Shown one piece after another: positions 29,914-39,143 of a DNA stretch of 64,000 nt (its first letter is position 1; every line of letters begins with the position of its first letter). The translations under genes and the position numbers were made by a program. The stretch is taken from the NCBI GenBank assembly GCA_963836485.1, contig CAWIJS010000013.1, forward strand, positions 527,961-591,960, written 5' to 3'. The notes under the pieces were generated by a model. The model saw only the letters and a list, made by a program, of their open reading frames with translations, ran no database searches and was not told where the DNA came from. This stretch comes from an uncultured Conexibacteraceae bacterium (lineage in GTDB: Bacteria; Actinomycetota; Thermoleophilia; Solirubrobacterales; Solirubrobacteraceae).

Positions 29914-31181
29914 GCGCCGGGGCGGAGAAGACGATCGCGGGCCGCTACGAGTTGGGCGAGCGCCTCGGTCTGGGCGGCATGTCGACCGTCCAGGTCGCGT
30001 TCGACACACGGCTGGAGCGCTATGTGGCGGTCAAGCTGCTGGCCGAGCACCTCGCCGATGATGCGCAGTTCGTCACGCGCTTCCGGCGCGAGGCGATGGC
30101 CGCCGCGCGGCTCGTGCACCCCAACATCGTCCAGGTCTACGACTTCGGGCTCGACGAGCCGTCGGGGCGCCACTACATCGTCATGGAGCGGATCGTGGGG
30201 CCGTCGGGCGCGCAGGTCCTGCGCGACCGTGGGCACCTGCCGATCGACGAGGCCGTCGACTGGATCGCCCAGTCCTGCCGCGGGTTGGAGTACGCCCACC
30301 GCCACGGGCTCGTCCACCGCGACGTCAAGCCCGGCAACCTGCTGCTGTCAGAGGCCGACGGGACGATCAAGCTCGCAGACTTCGGGATCGCCAAGACGTC
30401 GAGCGACGAGTCGTCGATCACGCAGGTCGGGTCGGTCCTGGGCACCGCCGCCTATCTGGCGCCGGAGCAAGCCGCGGGCGAGGAGGCCGGCCCGGCTGCC
30501 GACTTGTACGGGTTGGGTGTGGTCGCCTATCAGCTGCTGAGTGGGCGGCTGCCCTATGAGGCGGCGTCGCTGACCGAGCTGGCGCTCAAGCAGCAGCGCG
30601 AGGTCCCGCCGCCACTGCACCATGTCGACCCGTCGATCCCGCCAGCGCTGGGTGTCGCGGTGGAGCGCGCGCTGGCGTTGACGCCGGGCGAGCGGTACGC
30701 GAGCGCGGACGACATGCGCGCGGCCGTGGTCGATGGCGCGCGCGGACTCGGCCCCCACCCGCCCGACGAGGACGCCACGCGGGTGGTCGGACACGATGCG
30801 ACGTCGGCGACCACGGTGCTGGCCGGCGAGCCTGGCACCGGCCCGATGGTCGTTCCACGCGCGCCGCGCGCCCCGCGGCCGGCGCGGACGCCCGCACCGG
30901 CGGCACGTGAGACGGCCGCGGCTCCCCGACGACCTGCCTACGCCGAGCCACCGGCCGCGCGCAGCCGCGATCGTGCCCCCAAGCGCCGCCGCAAGCGCGG
31001 CGTGATCCGCCGCTTCTTCACCTTCCTGCTGCTCGTCGCGCTGCTGGCCGCCGCAGGCGCCGCCGCCTACGTCGCGACGTCGACCGGCGACAACTCGGTC
31101 CGCCTGCGCGAGGTCGTCCACGACAACGCCGACCAGGTCATCACCGACCTCAAGCAGTTGATCGAGGACAACACGAAGTAA
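29910..31181 (+). CDS. Hanks-type Ser/Thr protein kinase, single TM
   Basis: LGLGGMSTV, VAVK, HRDVKPGN, DFG, YLAPE. Confidence 0.95.
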   Translation: MSAGAEKTIAGRYELGERLGLGGMSTVQVAFDTRLERYVAVKLLAEHLADDAQFVTRFRREAMAAARLVHPNIVQVYDFGLDEPSGRHYIVMERIVGPSGAQVLRDRGHLPIDEAVDWIAQSCRGLEYAHRHGLVHRDVKPGNLLLSEADGTIKLADFGIAKTSSDESSITQVGSVLGTAAYLAPEQAAGEEAGPAADLYGLGVVAYQLLSGRLPYEAASLTELALKQQREVPPPLHHVDPSIPPALGVAVERALALTPGERYASADDMRAAVVDGARGLGPHPPDEDATRVVGHDATSATTVLAGEPGTGPMVVPRAPRAPRPARTPAPAARETAAAPRRPAYAEPPAARSRDRAPKRRRKRGVIRRFFTFLLLVALLAAAGAAAYVATSTGDNSVRLREVVHDNADQVITDLKQLIEDNTK

Positions 31182-31184
31182 GCG

Positions 31185-31343
31185 TCAGCTGCGCCCGACG
31201 TAGGCGGCGTCCAGCAGCGTGCTGCCGCACTCCGGGCACTCGATCTCTTCCTTGGTGGGGTCAGACCCCTCAGGGGTGCTCTGCATCCACTCGTGGTCGC
31301 AGGCGTTGCAGGTCATCGACCACAGGACCATGTCCTCGCTCAT
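31185..31343 (-). CDS. 52-aa zinc-ribbon protein (absent from ORF track)
   Basis: MSEDMVLWSMTCNACDHEWMQSTPEGSDPTKEEIECPECGSTLLDAAYVGRS; ATGA overlap with tgt stop; AAGGAGG upstream. Confidence 0.8.
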   Translation of the reverse strand: MSEDMVLWSMTCNACDHEWMQSTPEGSDPTKEEIECPECGSTLLDAAYVGRS

Positions 31344-32530
31344 GGTGCGAGGCCTCCTTTCAGCGCTGCGGCTTCCTCGGTCAGCCGCCCATCGATGATC
31401 GCCTGACGCAGGCGCACCATGGTACGTTGGACGTAGGCGAGGTTGTGCACCACCATCATCCGCAGGCCCGTCAGCTCACGGTTCTTGAGCAAGTACCTTA
31501 AGTAGCCGCGGGTGTTGCCGGCCTCGCAGGTCGGGCAGGGGCAGCCATCGAGGATCGGATCGTCGGAGTCCGCGAAGCGCGCGGCGGTCAGGTCGACGCG
31601 CCAGCGCTTTTCGGGGTCGGGAACGAGCGCGACGCCGTGACGGCCCAGCCGCGTCGGCATCGCGCAGTCGAAGGTGTCGATGCCGAGTTCGGTGCCGCGG
31701 ATGAGGTCGTCGATGTCGCCGATGCCGAGCAGGTGGCGCGGCGGCGCCTCCGGCAGGACCGACGTGGCCATCTCGACCACCTCGTACATCTGCGGCTTGT
31801 CGGCGCCCAGCGAGCCGCCGATCGCGATGCCGTCGACGCGCGAGGCCGCGATGGTCTGCGCCGACTCCTTGCGCAGGTCCTCGTAGACGCCACCCTGGAC
31901 GATGCCGTAGACCAGCTGACCCGGCGGCCCTTGGCGCTCGTGCCAGTCCAGGCAGCGCTCCAGCCAGCGGTGGGTGCGCTCGGTCGAGCGTGCCGTGTAG
32001 TCCTTGGTGACGTTGAACGGCGTGCACTCGTCGAAGACCAGCGCGATGTCGGAGCCCAGCGCGGCCTGGATCTCCATGCTCGTCTCCGGCGCCAGGAACT
32101 TCTCGGAGCCGTCGATGTGGCTGCGAAAGCGGACGCCGTCCTCGGTGATCCCGAGCGTCTTGCCGTGGCGCTCACCACCGTGCGATGCGCGCCCCTTGAT
32201 CTCGTCGGCGACCGTGCCGTGGCCCATCGAGAAGACCTGAAAGCCGCCCGAGTCGGTGATGATCGGATGTTCCCAGCGCATGAACTCGTGAAGACCGCCG
32301 AGGCGCTTGATGCGCTCATGGCCGGGCTCCATGAACAAGTGATAGGTGTTGCCCAACACCATGTCGTAGCCGAGATCACGGACCTCCTGGGGGACGAGGC
32401 CCTTCACGGTGGCTTTGGTGGCCAGCGGCACAAACGCGGGCGTGCGGATCTCGCCGTGGGCGGTGCGCAGGATGCCGGCGCGGGCGCGCGAGCTGGGATC
32501 GCGGGCGAGGATCTCGAGCGGGGAGGCCAT
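31340..32530 (-). CDS. tgt: tRNA-guanine transglycosylase
   Basis: LGNTYHL, TDSGGFQVFS, GIVQGG, FDC, CPCPTC...HNL. Confidence 0.96.
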   Translation of the reverse strand: MASPLEILARDPSSRARAGILRTAHGEIRTPAFVPLATKATVKGLVPQEVRDLGYDMVLGNTYHLFMEPGHERIKRLGGLHEFMRWEHPIITDSGGFQVFSMGHGTVADEIKGRASHGGERHGKTLGITEDGVRFRSHIDGSEKFLAPETSMEIQAALGSDIALVFDECTPFNVTKDYTARSTERTHRWLERCLDWHERQGPPGQLVYGIVQGGVYEDLRKESAQTIAASRVDGIAIGGSLGADKPQMYEVVEMATSVLPEAPPRHLLGIGDIDDLIRGTELGIDTFDCAMPTRLGRHGVALVPDPEKRWRVDLTAARFADSDDPILDGCPCPTCEAGNTRGYLRYLLKNRELTGLRMMVVHNLAYVQRTMVRLRQAIIDGRLTEEAAALKGGLAP

Positions 32531-32542
32531 CGGCGCACCAAC

Positions 32543-32577
32543 CTAGCGGCCGCGCACGTGCGAGCGGCCGCTAGCGT
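32543..32577. promoter_or_regulatory. Palindromic divergent promoter region (tgt / NAD kinase)
   Basis: CTAGCGGCCGC-N10-GCGGCCGCTAG with TAGNNT hexamers at both ends. Confidence 0.5.
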
Positions 32578-32585
32578 GCACAACC

Positions 32586-33524
32586 ATGGCTGCCGCCGCC
32601 CGCATCGACCGCCTCGGCGTGGTGGTCCATCCGCACCGTCCGCTCGAGCGTGCGCTGGAGACGCTGCGCGCCTGGAGCGCAGCGCACGGCGCCGAGGTCG
32701 TGCAGATCCCCATCCGCGGTCAGACGCGCGTGGTCGCGCCGGCGGGCGATGTGGCCTCCTGCGACGTCATCGTCGCCCTCGGCGGCGACGGCACCACGCT
32801 CGCCGCGCTGCACGCCGCAGCGCCACACCATCTACCGGTACTCGGCATCGCGTGCGGCAGCCTCGGTGCGCTGACGGCCACGTCGGCCGACGCGACGGAG
32901 GAGGCGCTGACGAAGTTCGCGACCGGCGCGTGGCACCGGCGCGTGCTGCCGGGCGTCGGCGTTTCGGCCGACGGCAGCGAGGCGCATCATGCGATCAACG
33001 ATCTCGTCGTCGTGCGCAAAGGCGCCAACCAGGTGGTGGTCGGCATCCACGTCGACGGCGAGCTCTACGTGCGCTTTGCCGGCGACGGCGTCGTTCTGTC
33101 GACGCCTTTGGGCTCCAGCGCTTACACGATGGCCGCGGGCGGGCCGATGCTCGCGGCGGGCACGGAGGCCATCGTCGTGACGCCGGTCGCCGCGCATGGC
33201 GGCTCCACGCCGCCGTTGGTCGTCGGTGCCGAGAGCGTGGTGACGATCGAGATCGAAGGCGGCTTCGGCGGCGCGCGGATCGAGTTCGACGGGCAGATCA
33301 AGGAGCTCGAGCCGCACGTGCTGACGACGAGCTGGTGTGCGGATTACGCGACGCTGGTGCGCTTTGACGGGGCGGAGTCGGCGTTTGCGGGGCTGCGGCG
33401 GCGGCGGATTCTGATGGATAGCCCGAGGGTGTTGGCGCGGGATGAGCGGGCGGCGGGCTTTGTGGCGCCCAGCGCCGGCGTGGTGGACGGCGCGCACCGT
33501 GGTCCGTCGGCATCGAAGGAGTGA
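32586..33524 (+). CDS. NAD(+)/NADH kinase
   Basis: LGGDGT, AIND, GDGVVLSTPLGSSAY. Confidence 0.9.
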   Translation: MAAAARIDRLGVVVHPHRPLERALETLRAWSAAHGAEVVQIPIRGQTRVVAPAGDVASCDVIVALGGDGTTLAALHAAAPHHLPVLGIACGSLGALTATSADATEEALTKFATGAWHRRVLPGVGVSADGSEAHHAINDLVVVRKGANQVVVGIHVDGELYVRFAGDGVVLSTPLGSSAYTMAAGGPMLAAGTEAIVVTPVAAHGGSTPPLVVGAESVVTIEIEGGFGGARIEFDGQIKELEPHVLTTSWCADYATLVRFDGAESAFAGLRRRRILMDSPRVLARDERAAGFVAPSAGVVDGAHRGPSASKE

Positions 33525-33901
33525 GCGGGGCTTGAGCCTCGACGCGCTGGCTCGTCGTCCGCCGGCGTCCGGGCGGGCGAGATGCTCGCCGGAGAGATCC
33601 GGGTCGTCTAACCCCCGCATATCAGGGTAGACGCCCCGCATCGATAATTCGCTGCCGAACCATCGATGCGGGTCACCTCATGCACACATAGTGTGCTTCA
33701 AACGCCCCGGACCCCGGCCGAGCGCCGATAAGGCCCCGCACTCTCCGGCCCTGGCGCCCGCGGACGACGAGCCAGCGCCCCGAGCCACCGTCCCCGCTCG
33801 CTCTCCTCGGTGCCGACGAACCACGTAGCGCGCGCCGACCCACGCCGCGAACTGAGCGCCACCAACGCCCGCGCCCCCACCCGCAAGCTGCCGGCGCGCG
33901 C

Positions 33902-34924
33902 CTACCGAATCGACCGCGCCGACAGCGCGATCGCCTTCGCGGCATTCCCCTTCGTCACGAAGTTCGGGCCCGTCGGAATCACATCGCCCTGTGCCGGAAA
34001 CAACCCATATCGAGCCCGCTCCGCCAGGAACACGATCGGCAGATATCCCTGCAAATAGGCCTGTTGATCGACCGCGAACGCCAGCCGGCCGGACTGCACC
34101 GCCCGCAGCACGTCGGGCCCCAGGTCGAACGTTCCGATCGGCACCCGCCGATCCCCCAGCGCCTTCACCGCCGCCAGCCCGCTGATCGAGTTCATGGCCA
34201 ACACGCCATCGGCCTTGGTGCTCCGCACCGCCCGAGCGATCACGCGCGAGACGCTCGGCGACTGATCGTCCACCCGCACCACCCGCGACCGGCCGCCGAC
34301 AGCGCGCATCGCTCGCGCCAGCCCGGCACAGCGCGCGTCCAACCCCTGGTTCGGGATCGCCAAGTTCACGCACAACGCCCGCCGCACGCCCGCGCGCGCC
34401 AACCGCTGCCCCGCCTTGAAGCCCGCCGGACCCTCCGGCTGCCCAACATGAGCAAGAACGCCAAGCGACTTGTACACGTCGCTCCCCGAGTTGATGGTGA
34501 CGGTCGGGATCCCCGCCCTGACCGCACGACGAATCGCCGGGGCCAGCCCCGGCTCGGGCAGCGAGACGACGAGGCCGTCCGGCTTGGCCGCGATCGCCTG
34601 GTCGATGAGCGTGACCATGTGGTCGAGGCTGTAGACGTCCGGCGCGCGGTAGGTGACCACCGCGTCCATCTGACGACCAGCGGCCTCGACGCCGTTGCGC
34701 ACGATCGCCCAGAAGGAACTCGACGCCTGGCCGTGGGTGACGACGTACAGCCGGATGGCCCGCGCCCCGCCCGGCGTCCGCGGGACATCGGCGCCCGTCG
34801 TCGACGTGCCACCCCCGGCAACCGTGACCGGCCCCTCCTTGACCGACGTCGTGCTTCCGCAGGCGGCGGCCAACAACGCCGCAGCCACCACGAGCAACAC
34901 CATCATCATGGTCCGCAGCCTCAT
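33902..34924 (-). CDS. Sugar-type (class I) substrate-binding lipoprotein
   Basis: Lipobox AAAC; VVTHG..FW, INSG, GTFDL, VDQQAYLQGY. Confidence 0.9.
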   Translation of the reverse strand: MRLRTMMMVLLVVAAALLAAACGSTTSVKEGPVTVAGGGTSTTGADVPRTPGGARAIRLYVVTHGQASSSFWAIVRNGVEAAGRQMDAVVTYRAPDVYSLDHMVTLIDQAIAAKPDGLVVSLPEPGLAPAIRRAVRAGIPTVTINSGSDVYKSLGVLAHVGQPEGPAGFKAGQRLARAGVRRALCVNLAIPNQGLDARCAGLARAMRAVGGRSRVVRVDDQSPSVSRVIARAVRSTKADGVLAMNSISGLAAVKALGDRRVPIGTFDLGPDVLRAVQSGRLAFAVDQQAYLQGYLPIVFLAERARYGLFPAQGDVIPTGPNFVTKGNAAKAIALSARSIR

Positions 34925-36465
34925 GTGCCCTCCTCGCCGTTCTCTCTACCAACCGGGATCCGCGCCCGCAACCGCGTGCCGCCTTCGCGCGGGCTGTCGA
35001 TATCCAAGTGCCCGTCGACCGCGGCAAGCCGGTCCTGCAGGCCACGCAACCCGCTGCCCGCCGCGACGTCCACCCCGCCGACACCGTCGTCGGCGACCTC
35101 GACGAGCACCTCGTCGGCGACGCGCCGTACATCCACGTCAACCGCTGAGGCCTGCGCGTACTTCACCACGTTGGTCAGCGCCTCAGCCACCACGAAGTAC
35201 GCCGCCGCCTCGACCGGCTCGCTCAGCCGCGCCTCCACACCCACAACCGCGCGCACGTCGACCGCCGCACGGTCGGCCAGCGCGTCGATCGCCGGCGCGA
35301 GCCCTTGATCGGTGAGGATCGACGGGTGGATCCCGCGCGCCAGCTCGCGCAGCTCGGCCAGCGCGCTCGACAACCGTTCAGACAGCCCGTCGACCAACGG
35401 CGTGATCTCCGGCTGGTCCTCGACGCGGCGGTGCAGCAGGCGCAGCTCGAGCGCAAGCGCCACCAACTGCTGCTGCGCGCCGTCGTGCAGGTCACGCTCG
35501 ATGCGCCGCCGCGCCGCGTCGGTCGCCTCGACGATCCGCAGCCGCGAGACGCGCAGCTCCTCCAGCCGCGCACGCAGGTCGGCCTTCAAGCGTTCGTTGT
35601 CGATCGCCAGCGACGACGCGGCCGCGGCCGCCTGCACCAGCTCGCTGGTGGTGTCCAGCGCGGCGTCGTGGACGATCGCCGCAACGGGCCGGCCGTCGCG
35701 CTCGACGGTCGTCCACGTCCGGCCCGAGGCGCGGTGCGGCAGGTCGACGCGCCGGCCGATCTCGTCGACGAAGATCTCGCGGTCGGGCAGCCAGTAGGCG
35801 ATCGCGACGGAGTGGTCGCCGAGCGACTCGGCCAGCAGCTCGCGCACCGGCGCACCCACGACCGCGCGCGGCAGCAGCAGCGCGCGGGCGACCGTGCACT
35901 CCACGGTCCGCAGCGCGTCCAGGATCGCGAGCGCCAGCACCGCCACCGGCAGCGCGAAGACCAGCAACAACACGCCCACGCCCGGCCCGAACGACCACGG
36001 CCCGAAGTAGTCGGTCGCACCGAGACCGCCGACCGCCTCGATCCCCAGTCGGACCAACCACACCAACAACAGGACCGGCGCGACGCCGACGACCAGCAGC
36101 GCCGCCGTCAGCAGCGGCTTGAGCGCGAGCAGGCCGACGATGCGCCACAGGCCACGGTCGCCGAGCACCTCCAGCGAACGCCGCCAAGGGCTGCCGGTCG
36201 TCGCGCGGCTCGACGGCAACGGCGGGATCTGCGCGCTGAGGAAGCGGTTGGCCGCGCGGCGGTCCAGCCGCACGAGCCGGCGGCAGGCGCCGGCCGCGAC
36301 GACCAGCAGCGGCAGCCCGATCCCGACGACGCTCAGCGCCGCGCCGACGACCAGCAGCGCGACCGCGAGCAGGCCGAGCAGCGCGATCGGCACCGAGGCG
36401 CCGAGATAGGCGGCGGCTTGGCCGGCACGCGTGAACCGCTCCTGGAGCCGCAGCGTCGCGATCAC
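34921..36465 (-). CDS. Membrane sensor histidine kinase (HisKA_3)
   Basis: ERDLHDGAQQQL, EALTNVVKY, DDGVGG, GSGLRGL. Confidence 0.93.
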   Translation of the reverse strand: MIATLRLQERFTRAGQAAAYLGASVPIALLGLLAVALLVVGAALSVVGIGLPLLVVAAGACRRLVRLDRRAANRFLSAQIPPLPSSRATTGSPWRRSLEVLGDRGLWRIVGLLALKPLLTAALLVVGVAPVLLLVWLVRLGIEAVGGLGATDYFGPWSFGPGVGVLLLVFALPVAVLALAILDALRTVECTVARALLLPRAVVGAPVRELLAESLGDHSVAIAYWLPDREIFVDEIGRRVDLPHRASGRTWTTVERDGRPVAAIVHDAALDTTSELVQAAAAASSLAIDNERLKADLRARLEELRVSRLRIVEATDAARRRIERDLHDGAQQQLVALALELRLLHRRVEDQPEITPLVDGLSERLSSALAELRELARGIHPSILTDQGLAPAIDALADRAAVDVRAVVGVEARLSEPVEAAAYFVVAEALTNVVKYAQASAVDVDVRRVADEVLVEVADDGVGGVDVAAGSGLRGLQDRLAAVDGHLDIDSPREGGTRLRARIPVGRENGEEGT

Positions 36466-37205
36466 GGCCCGCGCTCCACGGTGACGTGCCCGGAGTTGCT
36501 CAGCGCTTGGATCGAGAACGGCGCGCCCGCGTCGGCCGTCACACCGCGCACCCGCGGCGTGCCGCCCGCACCCGACGTCGACGCGTCGACGCGATAGCGC
36601 CCCGGCGGCACCAAGGCGTGCACCGCACCCGTCGTGGTGCGCAGCGTCAGCTGCGGCGGCGGACAGGCCGTCCTGGCGGTGATGTCGCCCCCGCCGTCAG
36701 CACGCGCCTGCAGCGCGAAGCCACAGAAGCCCGAGATGTCGATGTCGCCCTGCATTGTCCGGACCCGCGCCGAGCCGCGATAGCCATCGAAGCGCACCGA
36801 GCCCGCACCGGTCCGGACCGACAGCGGGATGTTGTCGGGGACGACGACGCGGTAGCGCACCGAGCAGCCGTGCAGGATCGTCGACGGACAGCGCGACCGC
36901 ACGCTGAAGACGCCGCCGGCGATCGCGCGGTCGGCGGTGGGACCGTGCCCGAAGCCGAAGTGATCGACATGCACCACCGAGACCGCGACGGTACGGCCTC
37001 CGCCCCGGACCTCGACATCGGCGTCCCCCAGATCCAGCGAGACGCCGCCGATCGCCCCGCGCACCGAGTAGGAGACCTCGCGCTGCTGCGACGAGCCGAG
37101 GCTCCAGATCAGCAGCACCGCCGCGGCGACGGCCACGACGAGCGCACACGCCGCAACCAGGCGTCCCCACGGGGAGAGGTGAGCGGCGCGGGCCGGACCG
37201 GGCAC
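36462..37205 (-). CDS. Membrane-anchored beta-repeat protein (DUF4097-like)
   Basis: N-terminal TM; repeated xRTxxGxV/I units. Confidence 0.75.
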   Translation of the reverse strand: MPGPARAAHLSPWGRLVAACALVVAVAAAVLLIWSLGSSQQREVSYSVRGAIGGVSLDLGDADVEVRGGGRTVAVSVVHVDHFGFGHGPTADRAIAGGVFSVRSRCPSTILHGCSVRYRVVVPDNIPLSVRTGAGSVRFDGYRGSARVRTMQGDIDISGFCGFALQARADGGGDITARTACPPPQLTLRTTTGAVHALVPPGRYRVDASTSGAGGTPRVRGVTADAGAPFSIQALSNSGHVTVERGP

Positions 37206-37233
37206 GGCGCCACTCTAAAGCCCTCCTCGACGG

Positions 37234-37740
37234 TCAGCAGCCGCAGTCGTCGGTGCCGGCGGCACCCGCCGCACCGGGCAGCACGCGATCCCAGACCGTG
37301 CCGAGCACGTCGAGCTCCTCCGGCGTGAGGTGCTCGAGGAAGAGCGACCGCACACCGGCAAGATGGGTCACGCGCGCGGCGGCGAGCTTCTGGTGGCCGG
37401 CGGGCGTGAGCTTGGCGAACTGGCCACGAGCGTCGCTCGTGCAGGACTCGCGCACGAGCAGACCGTCGCGCTCGAGCCGGTCGACCAGGCGCGTCAGGCC
37501 GCTGCGGCTGAGGATGACCGACGACGCGAGGTCGCACATGCGCATCTTCTCGCCCTCGGCATCGGCGAGGTACTTGAGCACCTCATACGACGTGAGCGGG
37601 AGGCCGTGCTCGCGGTCGAGCTGGTTGTCGAGGGCCTTGGACAGCGAGGCGTGGACGCGCAGCAAACCGCGCCAGGCACGCAGCTCGCGATCGTCCAGAG
37701 CACCGTTCGCCGGGGCCTGAGCAGTCGTGGTGGTGGGCAC
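37234..37740 (-). CDS. MarR family regulator
   Basis: LSRSGLTRLVDRLERDGLL...DARG..AKLT; start uncertain. Confidence 0.9.
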   Translation of the reverse strand: MPTTTTAQAPANGALDDRELRAWRGLLRVHASLSKALDNQLDREHGLPLTSYEVLKYLADAEGEKMRMCDLASSVILSRSGLTRLVDRLERDGLLVRESCTSDARGQFAKLTPAGHQKLAAARVTHLAGVRSLFLEHLTPEELDVLGTVWDRVLPGAAGAAGTDDCGC

Positions 37741-37805
37741 GAGAACAGCATGGTTGCACGAACAACGGCCACGCGCCACCAATGCAAGGCGTACTGTCAA
37801 ACACC

Positions 37806-38735
37806 ATGGCGCTAGAAGGGCTGCACCACATCACGGCGATCACGGCCGACGCCCCGCGCAACGTCGACTTCTACGCCCGCCTGCTCGGGCTGCGCCTGGT
37901 CAAGAAGACCGTCAACTTCGACCAGCCCGACGTCTACCACCTCTACTACGGCGACGAGTCCGGGACGCCCGGATCGATCCTCACGTTCTTCGAGTTCCCC
38001 GACGCCGCGCCCGGCACCGCGGGCGACGGCATGGTCCACGCGATCGTCTGGCGCGTGGCCGGCCCGGACGCGCTGGGCTTCTGGGCCCAGCGCCTCACCG
38101 ACGACGGCACCGCGGTCACCTGGGACGAGGGCGGCCTGCTGCGCTTCGCCGACCCCGAAGGCCTGACGCACGAGATCGTCGCGTCAGACGCCGGCGACGC
38201 ACCGCTAACCGCGCGGGCGCTCGACATCCCGCCCGCGCACGCGCTGCTCGGCTTCCACGGCGTGCGGGCGTACGCGCGCGTGCCCGAGCGCAGCGCGCCG
38301 CTGCTGACGGCGCTGGGCTTCGCGCAGCGCGCGCCCGGCGGCGCGTGGATCGCCCAGGGCAGCGAGCGCCACGGAGTCATCCACTACGACGCGCCATCGA
38401 CACCCCACGGAATCCAAGGCGCCGGGACCGTCCACCACGTCGCGTGGTCGGCCGCCGACGACGCGGAACTAACCGCGCTGCGCACCACCGCGATCGGCGC
38501 CGGCGCGCGGCCGACGCCGATCATCGACCGCCAGTACTTCCACTCGGTCTACTTCCGCGAGCCGTCCGGCGTGCTCTTCGAACTAGCCAGCCGCGACATC
38601 GGCTTCGCCGTCGACGAGCCCGCCGCCGAGCTCGGCACCCACCTCAAGCTGCCGCCCCAATACGAGGATCAGCGCGCGCAGCTCGAAGCCGCGCTGACGC
38701 CGATCACCAACCCGCGCGGCGGCACGGCCGGCTAG
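37806..38735 (+). CDS. VOC family ring-cleaving dioxygenase (MhqO-like)
   Basis: GLHHITA, KKTVNFD, YHLYYGD, VHHVAW, DRQYFHSVYFREP. Confidence 0.92.
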   Translation: MALEGLHHITAITADAPRNVDFYARLLGLRLVKKTVNFDQPDVYHLYYGDESGTPGSILTFFEFPDAAPGTAGDGMVHAIVWRVAGPDALGFWAQRLTDDGTAVTWDEGGLLRFADPEGLTHEIVASDAGDAPLTARALDIPPAHALLGFHGVRAYARVPERSAPLLTALGFAQRAPGGAWIAQGSERHGVIHYDAPSTPHGIQGAGTVHHVAWSAADDAELTALRTTAIGAGARPTPIIDRQYFHSVYFREPSGVLFELASRDIGFAVDEPAAELGTHLKLPPQYEDQRAQLEAALTPITNPRGGTAG

Positions 38736-39133
38736 GCGCGCTCCAGGACCACGACCGGGATCGGCCGGTCGGTCTTGGTCTGGTACTCGTCATAGGCCGG
38801 CCACTCGCCGGTCATGATCTTCCAGAGCTCGGGCTGCTCGTCCGGCGAGGCGTCACGCGCCCGCGCGGTGAACTTGTCGCCCTTGACCTGCACCTGGACC
38901 TCGGGCTCGGCCTTGAGGTTGACGTACCACGCAGGAGGCTCCGGAGCCCCGCCCTTGGAGGCCACGACCAGGTAGTCCCCGTCGTGCTCGGCGTAGATCA
39001 GCGGCGCCTTGCGCGGCTCGCCGGACTTCCGGCCCTTCGTGGTGAGGATGAGCGCTTGGGTGCCCTGCCACTCATGGCCCTCCTCCCCGTCGGTGGCCTC
39101 ATAGCGGTCGATGTGTTCCTGTCCGAAAAGCAT
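38732..39133 (-). CDS. Deazaflavin (F420)-dependent nitroreductase family protein
   Basis: LTTKGRKSG, VASKGG..PAWYVNL, YQTKTDRPIPVV. Confidence 0.9.
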   Translation of the reverse strand: MLFGQEHIDRYEATDGEEGHEWQGTQALILTTKGRKSGEPRKAPLIYAEHDGDYLVVASKGGAPEPPAWYVNLKAEPEVQVQVKGDKFTARARDASPDEQPELWKIMTGEWPAYDEYQTKTDRPIPVVVLERA

Positions 39134-39143
39134 GCGCCTACTT

